Below are positions 8,175-18,277 of a stretch of 64,000 nt of DNA, piece after piece. The number at the start of each line of letters is the position of its first letter. Positions within the stretch are counted from its first letter, which is position 1. The notes beneath the pieces were generated by a model. It had not been told where the DNA came from, made no database searches, and worked only from the letters and a program-made list of their open reading frames with translations. The stretch lies in the NCBI GenBank assembly GCA_031260975.1, contig JAISKJ010000003.1, positions 436,065 through 500,064 of the forward strand, read 5' to 3'. The position numbers were made by a program, and so were the translations under genes. Source of the stretch: Christensenellaceae bacterium (GTDB lineage: Bacteria; Bacillota; Clostridia; Christensenellales; UBA1242).

Positions 8175-9449
8175 ATGACCAAAAAGAGGAGCATAATAAG
8201 ATTTACAATCCTAACCCTGGCCGCCGTGCTTGGGATTTTATTGTGTTTTGTAAGTTTTAAAATCCCGTTTACCGACAAGCAGTTTAACGGCTTTGCAAAC
8301 TCAATTTCTATGGGGCTTGATGTTAAGGGCGGTGTGCTTGCAGTATATGAAGCATCGGTTGAAGGGGAATATGAAAATGAATTTGAAACCCGCTTTAACG
8401 CGACCATACGAAGATTAAGCGACCTGCTTACGGGCAAAGGATATACCGAAGCTACGGTAACCGCGCAAGGGACAAATAAAATAAGGGTAGAAGTGCCGGA
8501 TGTTGATAATCCCGACACACTTTTTGATCTTATTGGCAGCCCTGCAGAGCTTGAAATAAGAGAAACCTCAGACGGTGCCGCGGTGCTTACGGGAAAGAAT
8601 ATTAAAAATGCATATGCTGCTTATCAGAACAACGAATACGGTGTTGTTGTTCAGTTTGACGATGAAGGGTCTCGGATTTTTGCTGACCTGACCTCCCGCC
8701 TCGTTGGTTCACCGATTTATATTGTTATTGACGGCAGTGTTTTTTCAAATCCTACTATAAATGAAACAATCAGCGGCGGAAGCACCTTTATCAATGGTAT
8801 GGGCAGTCAGACCGGTGCCGAAAACTATGCCATGAAAATACTTAGCGGAACGTTTTCAGTTAAGCTGGAGTTGCAGTCAAACTCGGTGGTTAGCGCTACG
8901 CTTGGTGCGGATGCATTGAGATATGGGCTTATTGCCGGAGCTATCGGTATTGCGCTTATTATAATATTTTTGATTTGTTATTATGGAATATTCGGGTTGC
9001 TTGCAAGCTTCGCTCTTACTTTATATGGCATATTGTTTGTGTTTTTTCTTCAGGCAATCCCCGGCATACAGTTGACGCTTCCGGGTATTGCAGGTATATT
9101 CCTGAGCTTGGGTATGGCCGTGGACGGAAATATAATTATCTTTGAGCGTATAAAAGAAGAATATCGGTCAGGCAAGAAAATTCCCGCATCCATCAAGTCG
9201 GGCTTTAAGAATGCCTTGTCTGCTATATTAGACAGTAACATCACCACAATTATTGCGGCCTTTGTGCTGTTCCTTTTGGGCAGCGGCTCAATAAAGGGTT
9301 TTGCTATAGTGCTTTTGATAGGAAACGTAATATCAGTGTTCACCTCTGTTATTGTTACACGTGCACTTATCAAGATGTATTTGCCGTTTAACAGCACCAG
9401 GCCTAAGCCTCTGCGACTTAAAAGGGAGGTGACTTTGCATGCAAAATAA
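8175..9449 (+). CDS. secD: protein translocase subunit SecD
   Basis: MTKKRSIIRF start with signal-anchor and SD; C-terminal 6-TM region; ORF-track start 8070 lies upstream of the promoter. Confidence 0.9.
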   Translation: MTKKRSIIRFTILTLAAVLGILLCFVSFKIPFTDKQFNGFANSISMGLDVKGGVLAVYEASVEGEYENEFETRFNATIRRLSDLLTGKGYTEATVTAQGTNKIRVEVPDVDNPDTLFDLIGSPAELEIRETSDGAAVLTGKNIKNAYAAYQNNEYGVVVQFDDEGSRIFADLTSRLVGSPIYIVIDGSVFSNPTINETISGGSTFINGMGSQTGAENYAMKILSGTFSVKLELQSNSVVSATLGADALRYGLIAGAIGIALIIIFLICYYGIFGLLASFALTLYGILFVFFLQAIPGIQLTLPGIAGIFLSLGMAVDGNIIIFERIKEEYRSGKKIPASIKSGFKNALSAILDSNITTIIAAFVLFLLGSGSIKGFAIVLLIGNVISVFTSVIVTRALIKMYLPFNSTRPKPLRLKREVTLHAK

Positions 9450-10503
9450 GAAAAATACTCCTGACAAGTCATTTAACTATGAAATGAGGTTGCTAAATTC
9501 TAAATATGACTTTGTAAAGCAAAGCAAATGGTTTTGGATAGCACCTTGCGCACTTATATTTGTGTCACTAATAATAATTGCAATTTTCGGACTTAATCTT
9601 GGTCTTGACTTCACGGGAGGAACAGTTATTTCAGTAAAGACCGGAAATGCAGACTATAATCAGTCGCTGACCAAAATTACTGAGGTTTTAAACGATAACA
9701 ATCTAAGAGTGGCCTCAGCACAGCTTGAAGGCAGCGGAGCCGATGCCAAAATTGCGATTAAATATCAGGACATTGACGGCACCGATATGGATAATCTTAC
9801 TCAAAAAGTAAGGCGTGAGATTAATGAGAAATTTGCAACAGGCTCAACCGTGCTGGGAGACAGCAAAGACATAACAACGGCAACTGAACGAATTTCGGCA
9901 ACAGCCCGCGGAGACCTAATATTCAATGCCTTTGTAACAGTTATATTTGCGATAGCGCTTATGCTTTTGTATATTGTAATAAGATTTGAGGCCATGAGCG
10001 GACTTGCCACAATTCTTGGACTTGTACACGACGTTATTTTGACGATAGCATTCCTTTCTATATTCCGCATCCCTGTCAACAGCACTGTGGTTGCGGCGGT
10101 AATTACTATTATCGGATATTCTATCAACAACAGTATCATAGTATTTGACCGTATCAGAGAAAATCTCAAAAAGCCGGCACTGACATACAATACCAACCAT
10201 GAAATAGCAAACCTTTCTATAAAACAAACATTGGTGCGAAGTGTCAACACCACAGTTACTACCATTGTAGCGGTGCTTATGCTTGCAATTATAGGTGTTC
10301 CTTCTGTGCGTGAGTTTGTGCTTATTATAGTTGTGGGACTTGTTGCGGGTGTATATTCGTCAATCTTCCTCGTTCCGGAGTTCTGGGCGCTGGTTAACCA
10401 TAAGCGAAAGCTTGTCAAGCCCGAAATCGCCAAAGAAGTGGCCGAGCTTGAAGCAGCCAACAACAGAGACAGCGGTGCTCCTGTAGTTGAAGTAAGTGAT
10501 TAA
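9439..10503 (+). CDS. secF: protein translocase subunit SecF
   Basis: LGLDFTGGT motif, 6 TM; overlaps secD stop; GGGAGGTG SD. Confidence 0.9.
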   Translation: MQNKKNTPDKSFNYEMRLLNSKYDFVKQSKWFWIAPCALIFVSLIIIAIFGLNLGLDFTGGTVISVKTGNADYNQSLTKITEVLNDNNLRVASAQLEGSGADAKIAIKYQDIDGTDMDNLTQKVRREINEKFATGSTVLGDSKDITTATERISATARGDLIFNAFVTVIFAIALMLLYIVIRFEAMSGLATILGLVHDVILTIAFLSIFRIPVNSTVVAAVITIIGYSINNSIIVFDRIRENLKKPALTYNTNHEIANLSIKQTLVRSVNTTVTTIVAVLMLAIIGVPSVREFVLIIVVGLVAGVYSSIFLVPEFWALVNHKRKLVKPEIAKEVAELEAANNRDSGAPVVEVSD

Positions 10504-10506
10504 ACT

Positions 10507-10539
10507 AAAAAGACAACCTTTTGGTTGTCTTTTTTTTTG
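10507..10539 (+). terminator. intrinsic terminator after secF
   Basis: AAAAAGACAACC-TTTT-GGTTGTCTTTTT perfect 12-bp stem plus T-run. Confidence 0.9.
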
Positions 10540-10667
10540 CCGGCCAAACACTTGTTTTTTAAGTATTTTGTTAGTATAAGTTTATGGATATAACGATTAA
10601 GCAGAAATTATTTTTGTAATGTGTAAATTAAAAACGTGCCGGCGGTTTTCTTTTTTGTTTGTTTAAC

Positions 10668-10696
10668 TTGTTTATATTTGGCTTAGATGCTATAAT
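10668..10696 (+). promoter_or_regulatory. candidate promoter of recJ (TTGTTT-17-TATAAT)
   Basis: -35 at 10668-10673, -10 at 10691-10696. Confidence 0.5.
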
Positions 10697-10718
10697 TAAA
10701 CTAGAAGAGTGTGATTAA

Positions 10719-13064
10719 ATGAAAGATTTAACCCAAGAAATATCCAAAACTTATAACCTAAACGACATAGTGACACAACTGCTTGTTTTGAGGGGTGTTG
10801 ACACCAAAGAGAAGGTAGAAAAGTTCCTCAACCCGAGCTTTGATGATTTTCACGACCCGTTTAGACTTAGGGGTATGAAAGAAGCCGTATCGCGCGTAGA
10901 AGACGCTATAAAGAGGAACCAAAAAGTGCTTATTTTTGGTGACTATGATGTTGATGGTGTTTCGGCCACGGCGATTTTAATGCGCTATTTTAAGGATATA
11001 AATTTTGCTGTTGACTTTTATTTGCCTAATAGATATATAGATGGCTATGGGCTGACCTGTGCAGTTTTGGATAAAATTAAACAGCACTTTTGTCCCGACC
11101 TTATTATTACTGTGGATTGCGGAATATCGTGCCACAAAGAAGTGGAGCATGCAAAAACGCTTGGGATTGAAATAATTATCACTGACCATCATGAAATCCC
11201 CGAAACAATCCCTAAAACAATTGTTATAGACCCAAAACTCCCGGGGCAGGAATATCCCTTTGACGGACTTTGCGGTGCAGGAGTAGCACTTAAGTTTGTG
11301 CAGGCTTTAAGCCGTCTTGAGCAGTCCAAGAAATATTTGGCTATTTGTGCTGTTGCAACGATTGCTGATATTGTGCCGCTTTTGGGTGAAAACAGAGCTA
11401 TTACCGCTATTGGGCTTAAGATGCTTAAAACCTTGCCGACCGGAGTAAAAATGCTAATGCAGCGCAGTAAAATGGATATGAATGCCGGGGCTTCAGATGT
11501 TGCTTTTAAGCTGGCGCCAAAGATAAATGCTGCGGGGCGTATGGGGGATGCGTCGGTTGCGCTTAATTTATATCTAAATGAAGATAAAAAGAAGCTTGAG
11601 CAGCTGGTTCAGAAATTAATCAATCTTAATACTGAGCGGCAGGGGCTGTGCAACGCGGTTTATGAAGAGGCTCAGAAGCGGCTGAATGATGTTAATCTGA
11701 CAAAAATGCGCTCTATTGTGTTATATTCAAAAGATTGGGACAGCGGCATTGTGGGGATTGTTGCGGCACGCCTTGCTGAGGAGTATAACAAGCCCACAGT
11801 TTTGATGGGGGAAGCCCATGGATTTTTAAAGGGCAGTGCCCGAAGTATAAATGATATTGACATTTGTTCAATTATTTCTAATATAAAAGAAACCGTAGAA
11901 ACTTTTGGCGGGCATAAAATGGCGGCAGGGCTCACTGTAAAAAAAGAAAATATTGACAAATTTATCAAAAGCCTTAACAGTGCTCTTGAAAAGGAATATA
12001 CTGCAGAGGACTATTTGCCAAAGCCAGATTATGATATGACACTAAATTTGGGGGATATTAATGAAAAATTGATATCTGACTTAAATGTTCTGGAGCCTTG
12101 CGGCTGCGGAAATCCTAAGCCTGCATTTTCGGTTGTGCTTAGCAAGTTTACTGTCGGCCCTATGCCTAATAATCCCAGCCATATTACCATGATGGCAATG
12201 GGCTTTAACGTAGTAGCTTTTGGCGCAAGTGATTATGTTCCTGTTCTTAAAAACACCAATCATGCTGATTTGAGCCTTGAGCTTCAAAGCCATGTTTACA
12301 ACGGACGCACATATATTAAGGGCGTAGCGAATAGTATTCGTATAGGCCGGCTAACTCCGCTTAAAAGCGAAGATTTTGCTCACGGAGTATATTTGAAGCA
12401 ATTTGTGAACCAAAATGCGCCCCATTCAGACTGTGAGGAGTATGACAAAGCAGAGCTTGATGAAATCATTAAGCAAGCCGAGAAAAACAAGTTCGGAACA
12501 CTTTTTGTCGTGTCGAGAAATCAGACTTATAATGATTTTGCAGGTTTTGAGGGGCTTAGGACTTATATGCTTGAAGTTGTCGACAAAAGCGGGCTGAATG
12601 CAGTGGTTCTGTCATGGACCGGCACTAAAAACCTCAACTGTTTTGACACGGTTGTGTGTCTGGACCCTGTGCTAAGTCAAAATTATATAAACACATTGGG
12701 CAAATATGGCGCAAGGATTTATATCCCTAAAACCAAGTTTGATTTTGATAAGGAAGTATTCACAGGGCTTGAGTTTGGCCGTGAAATATTTTTGGATTAT
12801 TTTAAAATGCTTAAAAGCTTTGCGGCGCAACGGGTGCCGGTTTTAAGTGAGGTATATTTATACAAGAGACTAAAAGCACTTAATCCGCACAAAAAGCTGA
12901 GCTTTAAGCAGTTTATATATTGTCTCTATTCATTTTTGGAGCTGGAAATATTTGAGCCCCAGGCTTGTGATGGCGGATTTTTATTAAAAGAAAAGAAGAG
13001 CAGTACCGCGCTTGAAAAGTCAGAGTTTTATAATACAATCAAATTGATTATAATGTCAATTTAA
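10719..13064 (+). CDS. recJ: single-stranded-DNA-specific exonuclease RecJ
   Basis: 781 aa; DHH motifs (GDYDVDGVS, ITDHHE), DHHA1 region (GGHKMAAG); follows secDF as in Bacillus. Confidence 0.92.
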   Translation: MKDLTQEISKTYNLNDIVTQLLVLRGVDTKEKVEKFLNPSFDDFHDPFRLRGMKEAVSRVEDAIKRNQKVLIFGDYDVDGVSATAILMRYFKDINFAVDFYLPNRYIDGYGLTCAVLDKIKQHFCPDLIITVDCGISCHKEVEHAKTLGIEIIITDHHEIPETIPKTIVIDPKLPGQEYPFDGLCGAGVALKFVQALSRLEQSKKYLAICAVATIADIVPLLGENRAITAIGLKMLKTLPTGVKMLMQRSKMDMNAGASDVAFKLAPKINAAGRMGDASVALNLYLNEDKKKLEQLVQKLINLNTERQGLCNAVYEEAQKRLNDVNLTKMRSIVLYSKDWDSGIVGIVAARLAEEYNKPTVLMGEAHGFLKGSARSINDIDICSIISNIKETVETFGGHKMAAGLTVKKENIDKFIKSLNSALEKEYTAEDYLPKPDYDMTLNLGDINEKLISDLNVLEPCGCGNPKPAFSVVLSKFTVGPMPNNPSHITMMAMGFNVVAFGASDYVPVLKNTNHADLSLELQSHVYNGRTYIKGVANSIRIGRLTPLKSEDFAHGVYLKQFVNQNAPHSDCEEYDKAELDEIIKQAEKNKFGTLFVVSRNQTYNDFAGFEGLRTYMLEVVDKSGLNAVVLSWTGTKNLNCFDTVVCLDPVLSQNYINTLGKYGARIYIPKTKFDFDKEVFTGLEFGREIFLDYFKMLKSFAAQRVPVLSEVYLYKRLKALNPHKKLSFKQFIYCLYSFLELEIFEPQACDGGFLLKEKKSSTALEKSEFYNTIKLIIMSI

Positions 13065-13111
13065 CTTGCTTCATTGTAACGAGGCAAATAAGTTTAGGAT
13101 AATTTTTCTAA

Positions 13112-13211
13112 GGCGGATTCTATCGCTTTGTTCCAGAATGACAAATTATATTATACAAAGAAGTTTAACTGTCATTCTGGAAGGAGCATAGAGAATGATA
13201 GAATCTCTGCC
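13112..13211. repeat. about 100-bp imperfect inverted-repeat element (arms GTCATTCTGG...GATAGAATC)
   Basis: Inner stem CCAGAATGACA/TGTCATTCTGG (13133-43/13170-80), outer stem GGATTCTATC/GATAGAATCT (13115-24/13196-205). Confidence 0.7.
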
Positions 13212-13278
13212 ACATTAAATAATTATCTAAATTATATTATTTATATTGACTGAGGCGTCCGCCGTTGCAACAAAACAC

Positions 13279-13307
13279 TTGCCAAAAATGTTTTTTTGTG
13301 ATAGAAT
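13279..13307 (+). promoter_or_regulatory. promoter of rpsO (TTGCCA-17-TAGAAT with TG extension)
   Basis: -35 at 13279-84, TG at 13299-300, -10 at 13302-07; about 85-nt structured leader before SD. Confidence 0.6.
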
Positions 13308-13396
13308 ACATCCATACCTAAGTCAAGGGGGTACGACACTCCGACGGCCTGCTTTGATTTTGGTGAATATAGGGAAAACCCTAAAAAGGAGAAAAT

Positions 13397-13657
13397 ATGG
13401 AAAAAGAAAAGAAGCAGGCTGTTATGAACAAGTTTGCAAGGGACGCTAAGGATACCGGTTCGACTGAAGTGCAGATTGCACTCTTAACCGAACGTATCAA
13501 CCATCTTACCGAACACCTTAAAGTAAACAACAATGACAACCATTCACGCCGAGGTTTGCTTATGATGGTAGGAAAGCGTAAAGCGCTTTTGGACTATTTG
13601 GCAGGTCAGGACATTGAGAAGTTCAGAGAAATCAAAAAAGAATTAAAAATCAGATAA
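13397..13657 (+). CDS. rpsO: 30S ribosomal protein S15
   Basis: 86 aa; [23 protein letters not shown] motif. Confidence 0.96.
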   Translation: MEKEKKQAVMNKFARDAKDTGSTEVQIALLTERINHLTEHLKVNNNDNHSRRGLLMMVGKRKALLDYLAGQDIEKFREIKKELKIR

Positions 13658-13726
13658 AAAACAGGCGGGGGAACGATATGCGGTCGCATTTTGCCCCTGC
13701 TTTTTTGAGTTAAGGAGAGAAAAATA

Positions 13727-15826
13727 ATGAAACATATGAATGCAGACAAAAAGGGTACATCCTTTGAAACTTCTATCGGCGGCAAAAAGGTAACAGTTCT
13801 CACCGGAAAGTATGCCGAGCAGTCAAACGGTTCGTGCATGATCAGCTGCGGTGAAACTGTTTTGCTGGCCAACGTTTGTATGGCGAACAAACCGCGCGAC
13901 GGCATAGACTTTTTCCCGCTGAGCGTGGACTATGAAGAAAAAATGTATGCCGTTGGCAAAATCCCCGGAGGGTTTAAAAAGCGTGAAGGGCGGGCCAGCG
14001 ACAAGGCAATATTGACCTCAAGGCTTTGTGACAGGCCGCTGAGACCTTTATTTCCAAAGGGGTTTTATAATGATGTTACAATTGTGATAACTGCGCTTTC
14101 TGTAGACCCCGCTTATGCCCCCGAGCCGCTTGCTATGCTGGCCTCATCCGTTGCTCTTACCATCTCGGATATCCCGTTTATGGGGCCTACAGGTGCTGTT
14201 TCGGTAGGGCTTATTGACGGTAAGTATATTGCCAACCCGACTTCTGAGCAGCGTGAAAAAAGTGTTATGCATGTATATGTCAGCGGAACCAAGGAAGCCA
14301 TTTTGATGGTGGAGGCGGCTGCTAATGAAGTCAGCGAAAAAGAAATGCTGGGCGCAATTATGTTTGCTCACGAAGAAATTAAGAATCTGGTTGACTTTCA
14401 GCAAAAAATTCAAAAGAAGGTCGGAGTTAAGAAAGCAACCGATTATCCGATAATTTTGCCGGCAAGTGAAGTTTTTGATGCGGTGAGAGATTATGCCGAC
14501 AAAAGGCTTGATAAAGCTCTTGACAATTTTGAACGTGAAGAAAGACAGAAAAAGCAGAGTGAAGTTGAAGAGGACGTTAAAGAGCACTTTAAAGATAAGT
14601 TTGACGAGCGTTCACTTGATGAAGTGCTTTATAAAATAGTCAAAAGCAAGGTGCGTGAAAAAATATTGTCAAAGGGCGTTCGTCCGGATGGGCGTAAGTC
14701 CACTGAAATCAGACCCATTTGGTGTGACGTTGGGATGCTTCCAAGAGTTCACGGAAGTGCTGTGTTCACCCGAGGTCAGACTCAGGTTTTAACCGCGCTT
14801 ACTCTTGGCATGATGAACGAAGTTCAGCGGCTTGAAGGGCTTGACGATGAAGAAGAAAAAAGATATGTTCACCATTATAACATGCCTGCTTATGCCACGG
14901 GAGAGGCAAGATCGCTTAAGCTTCCGGGAAGGCGTGAGATTGGTCATGGGGCTTTGGCTGAGCGTGCACTTGAACCGGTAATACCCAGCGAAGAAGAATT
15001 CCCATACGCATTGCGTTTGGTGAGTGAAGTTCTCAGCTCAAACGGCTCATCATCAATGGCCAGCACCTGCGGATCTACGCTTGCGCTTCTGGATGCAGGC
15101 GTGCCTATCAAATCGCCTGTAGCGGGCATTGCGATGGGGCTGATAAAAGATCCTAAAACAAATAAAGTGGCGATTTTGAGCGATATACAGGGCTTAGAGG
15201 ACTTTTTGGGCGACATGGACTTCAAAGTTACGGGCACAACAAAGGGTATTACGGCTATTCAGATGGATATCAAAATTGCCGGAATTGACGAAAAGATTTT
15301 GCAGACTGCGCTTGAACAGGCAAGAGTAGGCAGAATTGAAATTCTGGGTGAGATGCTCAAGGTCATAAAAGTGCCAAACAAGAACCTGAACAAATATGCA
15401 CCCAAGATTATTACTTTCAACATTGACCCTGATAAAATCAGAGATGTTATCGGCAGCGGCGGAAAGGTTATTAACAAGATTATTGAAGAGACGGGCGTTA
15501 AGATAAACATTGAAGACGACGGAAAGGTGGATATCGCCAGCAGCGATGAAGTGCAGCTTAAGCGGGCTAAGGAGATAGTCATGGGCATCGTTGAGGATTT
15601 GGAAGTCGGCAAGGAATATGATGGCAAGGTTATGCGTATTATGCAGTTTGGTGCATTCGTTGAAGTTTTACCTACCAAAGAAGGAATGATACATATTTCC
15701 AAGCTCAGCGAAGAACATGTTGCCAAAGTAACAGATGTTGTAAACATTGGTGACAAGGTGAGAGTAAAGGCTATTAAGGTTGACGAAAAAGGCAGAGTAG
15801 ATTTTAGGCTCGTAAAAAAACTTTAA
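13727..15826 (+). CDS. pnp: polyribonucleotide nucleotidyltransferase (PNPase)
   Basis: 699 aa; two RNase PH domains, KH and S1 (GKVMRIMQFGAFVE); rpsO-pnp synteny. Confidence 0.97.
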   Translation: MKHMNADKKGTSFETSIGGKKVTVLTGKYAEQSNGSCMISCGETVLLANVCMANKPRDGIDFFPLSVDYEEKMYAVGKIPGGFKKREGRASDKAILTSRLCDRPLRPLFPKGFYNDVTIVITALSVDPAYAPEPLAMLASSVALTISDIPFMGPTGAVSVGLIDGKYIANPTSEQREKSVMHVYVSGTKEAILMVEAAANEVSEKEMLGAIMFAHEEIKNLVDFQQKIQKKVGVKKATDYPIILPASEVFDAVRDYADKRLDKALDNFEREERQKKQSEVEEDVKEHFKDKFDERSLDEVLYKIVKSKVREKILSKGVRPDGRKSTEIRPIWCDVGMLPRVHGSAVFTRGQTQVLTALTLGMMNEVQRLEGLDDEEEKRYVHHYNMPAYATGEARSLKLPGRREIGHGALAERALEPVIPSEEEFPYALRLVSEVLSSNGSSSMASTCGSTLALLDAGVPIKSPVAGIAMGLIKDPKTNKVAILSDIQGLEDFLGDMDFKVTGTTKGITAIQMDIKIAGIDEKILQTALEQARVGRIEILGEMLKVIKVPNKNLNKYAPKIITFNIDPDKIRDVIGSGGKVINKIIEETGVKINIEDDGKVDIASSDEVQLKRAKEIVMGIVEDLEVGKEYDGKVMRIMQFGAFVEVLPTKEGMIHISKLSEEHVAKVTDVVNIGDKVRVKAIKVDEKGRVDFRLVKKL

Positions 15827-15835
15827 ATTAATGTC

Positions 15836-15910
15836 AAGTGAGTATATGTATCTCTAGGCTTCGGCATCTTTGATGCCTGCAGAAGCGTTCAGAGATATAT
15901 ATACTCACTT
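15836..15910 (+). terminator. 75-nt extended hairpin after pnp; core is member A of a two-copy repeat
   Basis: 20-bp outer stem AAGTGAGTATATGTATCTCT/AGAGATATATATACTCACTT, inner GCTTC/GAAGC and GGCATC-TTT-GATGCC. Confidence 0.65.
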
Positions 15911-16038
15911 TTCAATAATATAGTTTTTTGTTCATCCTGCAGTAAACTGCTGTTTGGGAAGAAAGAAGGCAAAAAAGAAGAGCAATGTACCCCCTCTTTA
16001 TCAAGCATTTCTTTTTGCGGCCTTGCATATAAATTATC

Positions 16039-16767
16039 ATGAAGATTTTAGGTTTTTGGTCGGGTAACGAGAAAGGTTTTGTACATGTTATATCCAATTT
16101 TGTGATACTTGGCGTTATTTTGGGTGTTGGGTTCATCAGTCTTTTTGTGCCGATTGTTTCCGCGTCAAATTTTGAGGAAGGCTTTCCGATTTATTCGGGC
16201 AATCCAAACCGTAAGAATATTACGCTTATGATAAATGTTTATTGGGGCACTGAGTTCATTGAACCAATGCTGGATATTTTTGACGCGCAAAATGTTAAAA
16301 CCACCTTTTTTGTGGGAGGTATGTGGGTAACTCAGGAAGAGGAACTGCTCAAGGAAATAAGCGGCAGAGGCCATGAAATAGCTAATCACGGTTATAGTCA
16401 CAAGGACCATAAAAAGCTGAACTTAACTCAAAATCAGGATGAGATATACAACACTCATCAGAAGGTTGTGGAGGTATTGGGTTTGGGCATGAAACTTTTT
16501 GCGCCTCCCAGTGGCAGTTTTGGCGATATCACGCTTCAGGTGGCAAAAAACTTGGGCTATAAGACCATTATGTGGAGCAAAGACACCGTGGATTGGCGCG
16601 ATCAAAACAAGCAGCTGATTTTTAGCAGGGCTACAACCAACCTTAAAAACGGTGATCTGATTTTGATGCATCCCACCTCAAAAACGCTGGAGGCTCTAAA
16701 TGATATAATCATCAGTATCAAAACACAGGGCTTCAGTTTGGTTACGGTCAGTGAAAATATTGCGTAA
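16039..16767 (+). CDS. polysaccharide deacetylase (NodB domain) family protein
   Basis: 242 aa; N-terminal TM, NodB motifs (TFFVGG, HEIANHGYSH). Confidence 0.85.
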   Translation: MKILGFWSGNEKGFVHVISNFVILGVILGVGFISLFVPIVSASNFEEGFPIYSGNPNRKNITLMINVYWGTEFIEPMLDIFDAQNVKTTFFVGGMWVTQEEELLKEISGRGHEIANHGYSHKDHKKLNLTQNQDEIYNTHQKVVEVLGLGMKLFAPPSGSFGDITLQVAKNLGYKTIMWSKDTVDWRDQNKQLIFSRATTNLKNGDLILMHPTSKTLEALNDIIISIKTQGFSLVTVSENIA

Positions 16768-16798
16768 AAAGTTGTGGACGATGTAGTAAAGAGCCCCT

Positions 16799-16857
16799 CG
16801 CTAGGGCTTTGGCATCTGCGATGCTTGCATAAACGTTTAGGATTATTGCCTAGAGCG
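16799..16857 (+). repeat. member B of the repeat seen at 15855-15895 (degenerate hairpin)
   Basis: CTAGGGCTTTGGCATCTGCGATGCTTGCATAAACGTTTAG aligns at about 80 percent with CTAGGCTTCGGCATCTTTGATGCCTGCAGAAGCGTTCAG. Confidence 0.6.
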
Positions 16858-16916
16858 AAAAAGGATGGATTATGTAATGAAATTGTGGTATAATAATAAA
16901 GTCACAGGAGAAAATA

Positions 16917-18188
16917 ATGAAAACAAAAACAAAGGTATATAACAGTGGCCTTAGGCTTATTGTGAGTACTACCGACACCAAAGCGGTAAGCATGTTTATC
17001 GGTGTTGACACGGGTAGCGTAAATGAAGATAAAACCAACAACGGAATTTCACACTTTATTGAGCATATGGTATTTAAGGGCACAAAGAACAGAACCTCAG
17101 AACAAATAAACCGAGACTTTGAAAGTCTGGGCGCCGTTACAAATGCATTTACTTCGCCTTATGTTACGGCTTTTCACAGTCAGTGTATTGACGAAAATGC
17201 TGATAAGTGCTTTGAAATTTTGAGCGACCTTATTTTAAATCCTACCTTTGACGAGACCGAATTTAAGAAAGAGCGCAAGGTTATTTTTGAAGAAATTGAC
17301 ATGTATGAGGATGACCCGGGCTCAGTAGCCTACGACAACTTTATCTGTAAGTTTTTTGAAGGCACAAAAATGGGCAAACTGCTTATCGGCACAAAAAAGA
17401 TACTTAACAAACTCACACCGCAGCATCTGAGAGACTATATGGCAAAGTTTTATGTTCCGCCTAATATTGTGGTGTCGGTTGCTGGGGGTGTAGACTTTGA
17501 AACGGCTGAAAAGTTTGTGAATAAACATTTTGCCTGCCGTTTTAAAACTAAAGGGCATCCGCATGTTTATAATCAGGACAAAAAGGTGTTTATGGCACCG
17601 AAATCAATATTTTTGGGGCTGAAAAAAGATATTAATCAAACAAATATTATATTTGGGCTGCCCATTTGCGGAGTATTTAGCGATGACCGTCTGGCTTATG
17701 GTGTGGCGAGCTTTATTTTTGGCGGCAGTATGAGCTCACGTTTAAGTGAGCGCATCAGAAATAAGCTGGCATTTGTTTATTCTATTCACGCACTACCGGA
17801 TTTTTATGATATAGGCGGTGTTTTGAATGTCAGTTTTGCCACCAACAAAGAGCATCAGGAAGAGGCTATTTTAGCTATCAAACAGGAAATGGACGATCTT
17901 ATGAACAATGGTGTGAGTGACGAAGAATTTAACCGCGCCAAAACATTTTATAAAAGCACGATAATTTTGTCGGAAGAAAATTCAATAAATATCGCAAGGC
18001 ATAATCTTACAAATGTTTTGACATTTAATGAATATAAGAGCATAGAAGACAGAATTGCCGGTATCAACAGAGTGACAAAAGAACAAGTTAACCGAATTTT
18101 TAAATGTATGTTTCAAACCAAAAACGTTTGCGGCGTTGTTGTAAGCAGTGAGCCGAATACCAAAATTTTTGCCCCGCTTGTTGACTAA
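16917..18188 (+). CDS. M16 family zinc peptidase (pitrilysin-like)
   Basis: 423 aa; HxxEH zinc motif HFIEHMVFKG. Confidence 0.87.
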   Translation: MKTKTKVYNSGLRLIVSTTDTKAVSMFIGVDTGSVNEDKTNNGISHFIEHMVFKGTKNRTSEQINRDFESLGAVTNAFTSPYVTAFHSQCIDENADKCFEILSDLILNPTFDETEFKKERKVIFEEIDMYEDDPGSVAYDNFICKFFEGTKMGKLLIGTKKILNKLTPQHLRDYMAKFYVPPNIVVSVAGGVDFETAEKFVNKHFACRFKTKGHPHVYNQDKKVFMAPKSIFLGLKKDINQTNIIFGLPICGVFSDDRLAYGVASFIFGGSMSSRLSERIRNKLAFVYSIHALPDFYDIGGVLNVSFATNKEHQEEAILAIKQEMDDLMNNGVSDEEFNRAKTFYKSTIILSEENSINIARHNLTNVLTFNEYKSIEDRIAGINRVTKEQVNRIFKCMFQTKNVCGVVVSSEPNTKIFAPLVD

Positions 18189-18277
18189 GCTGCGGTTTTA
18201 TGATATAATAAATTATATTCGCAAAAACTTTAACAGGCAGTCGTTTTTGTGCAAATTTAACACAGCAGGAGGTATTT

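Noticed and set aside
13193-13216. 7-codon ORF (MIESLPH) with an AAGGAG SD inside the 13112-13211 inverted repeat
   Set aside because: It is too short and lies within a repeat arm. The SD-like sequence is probably fortuitous.
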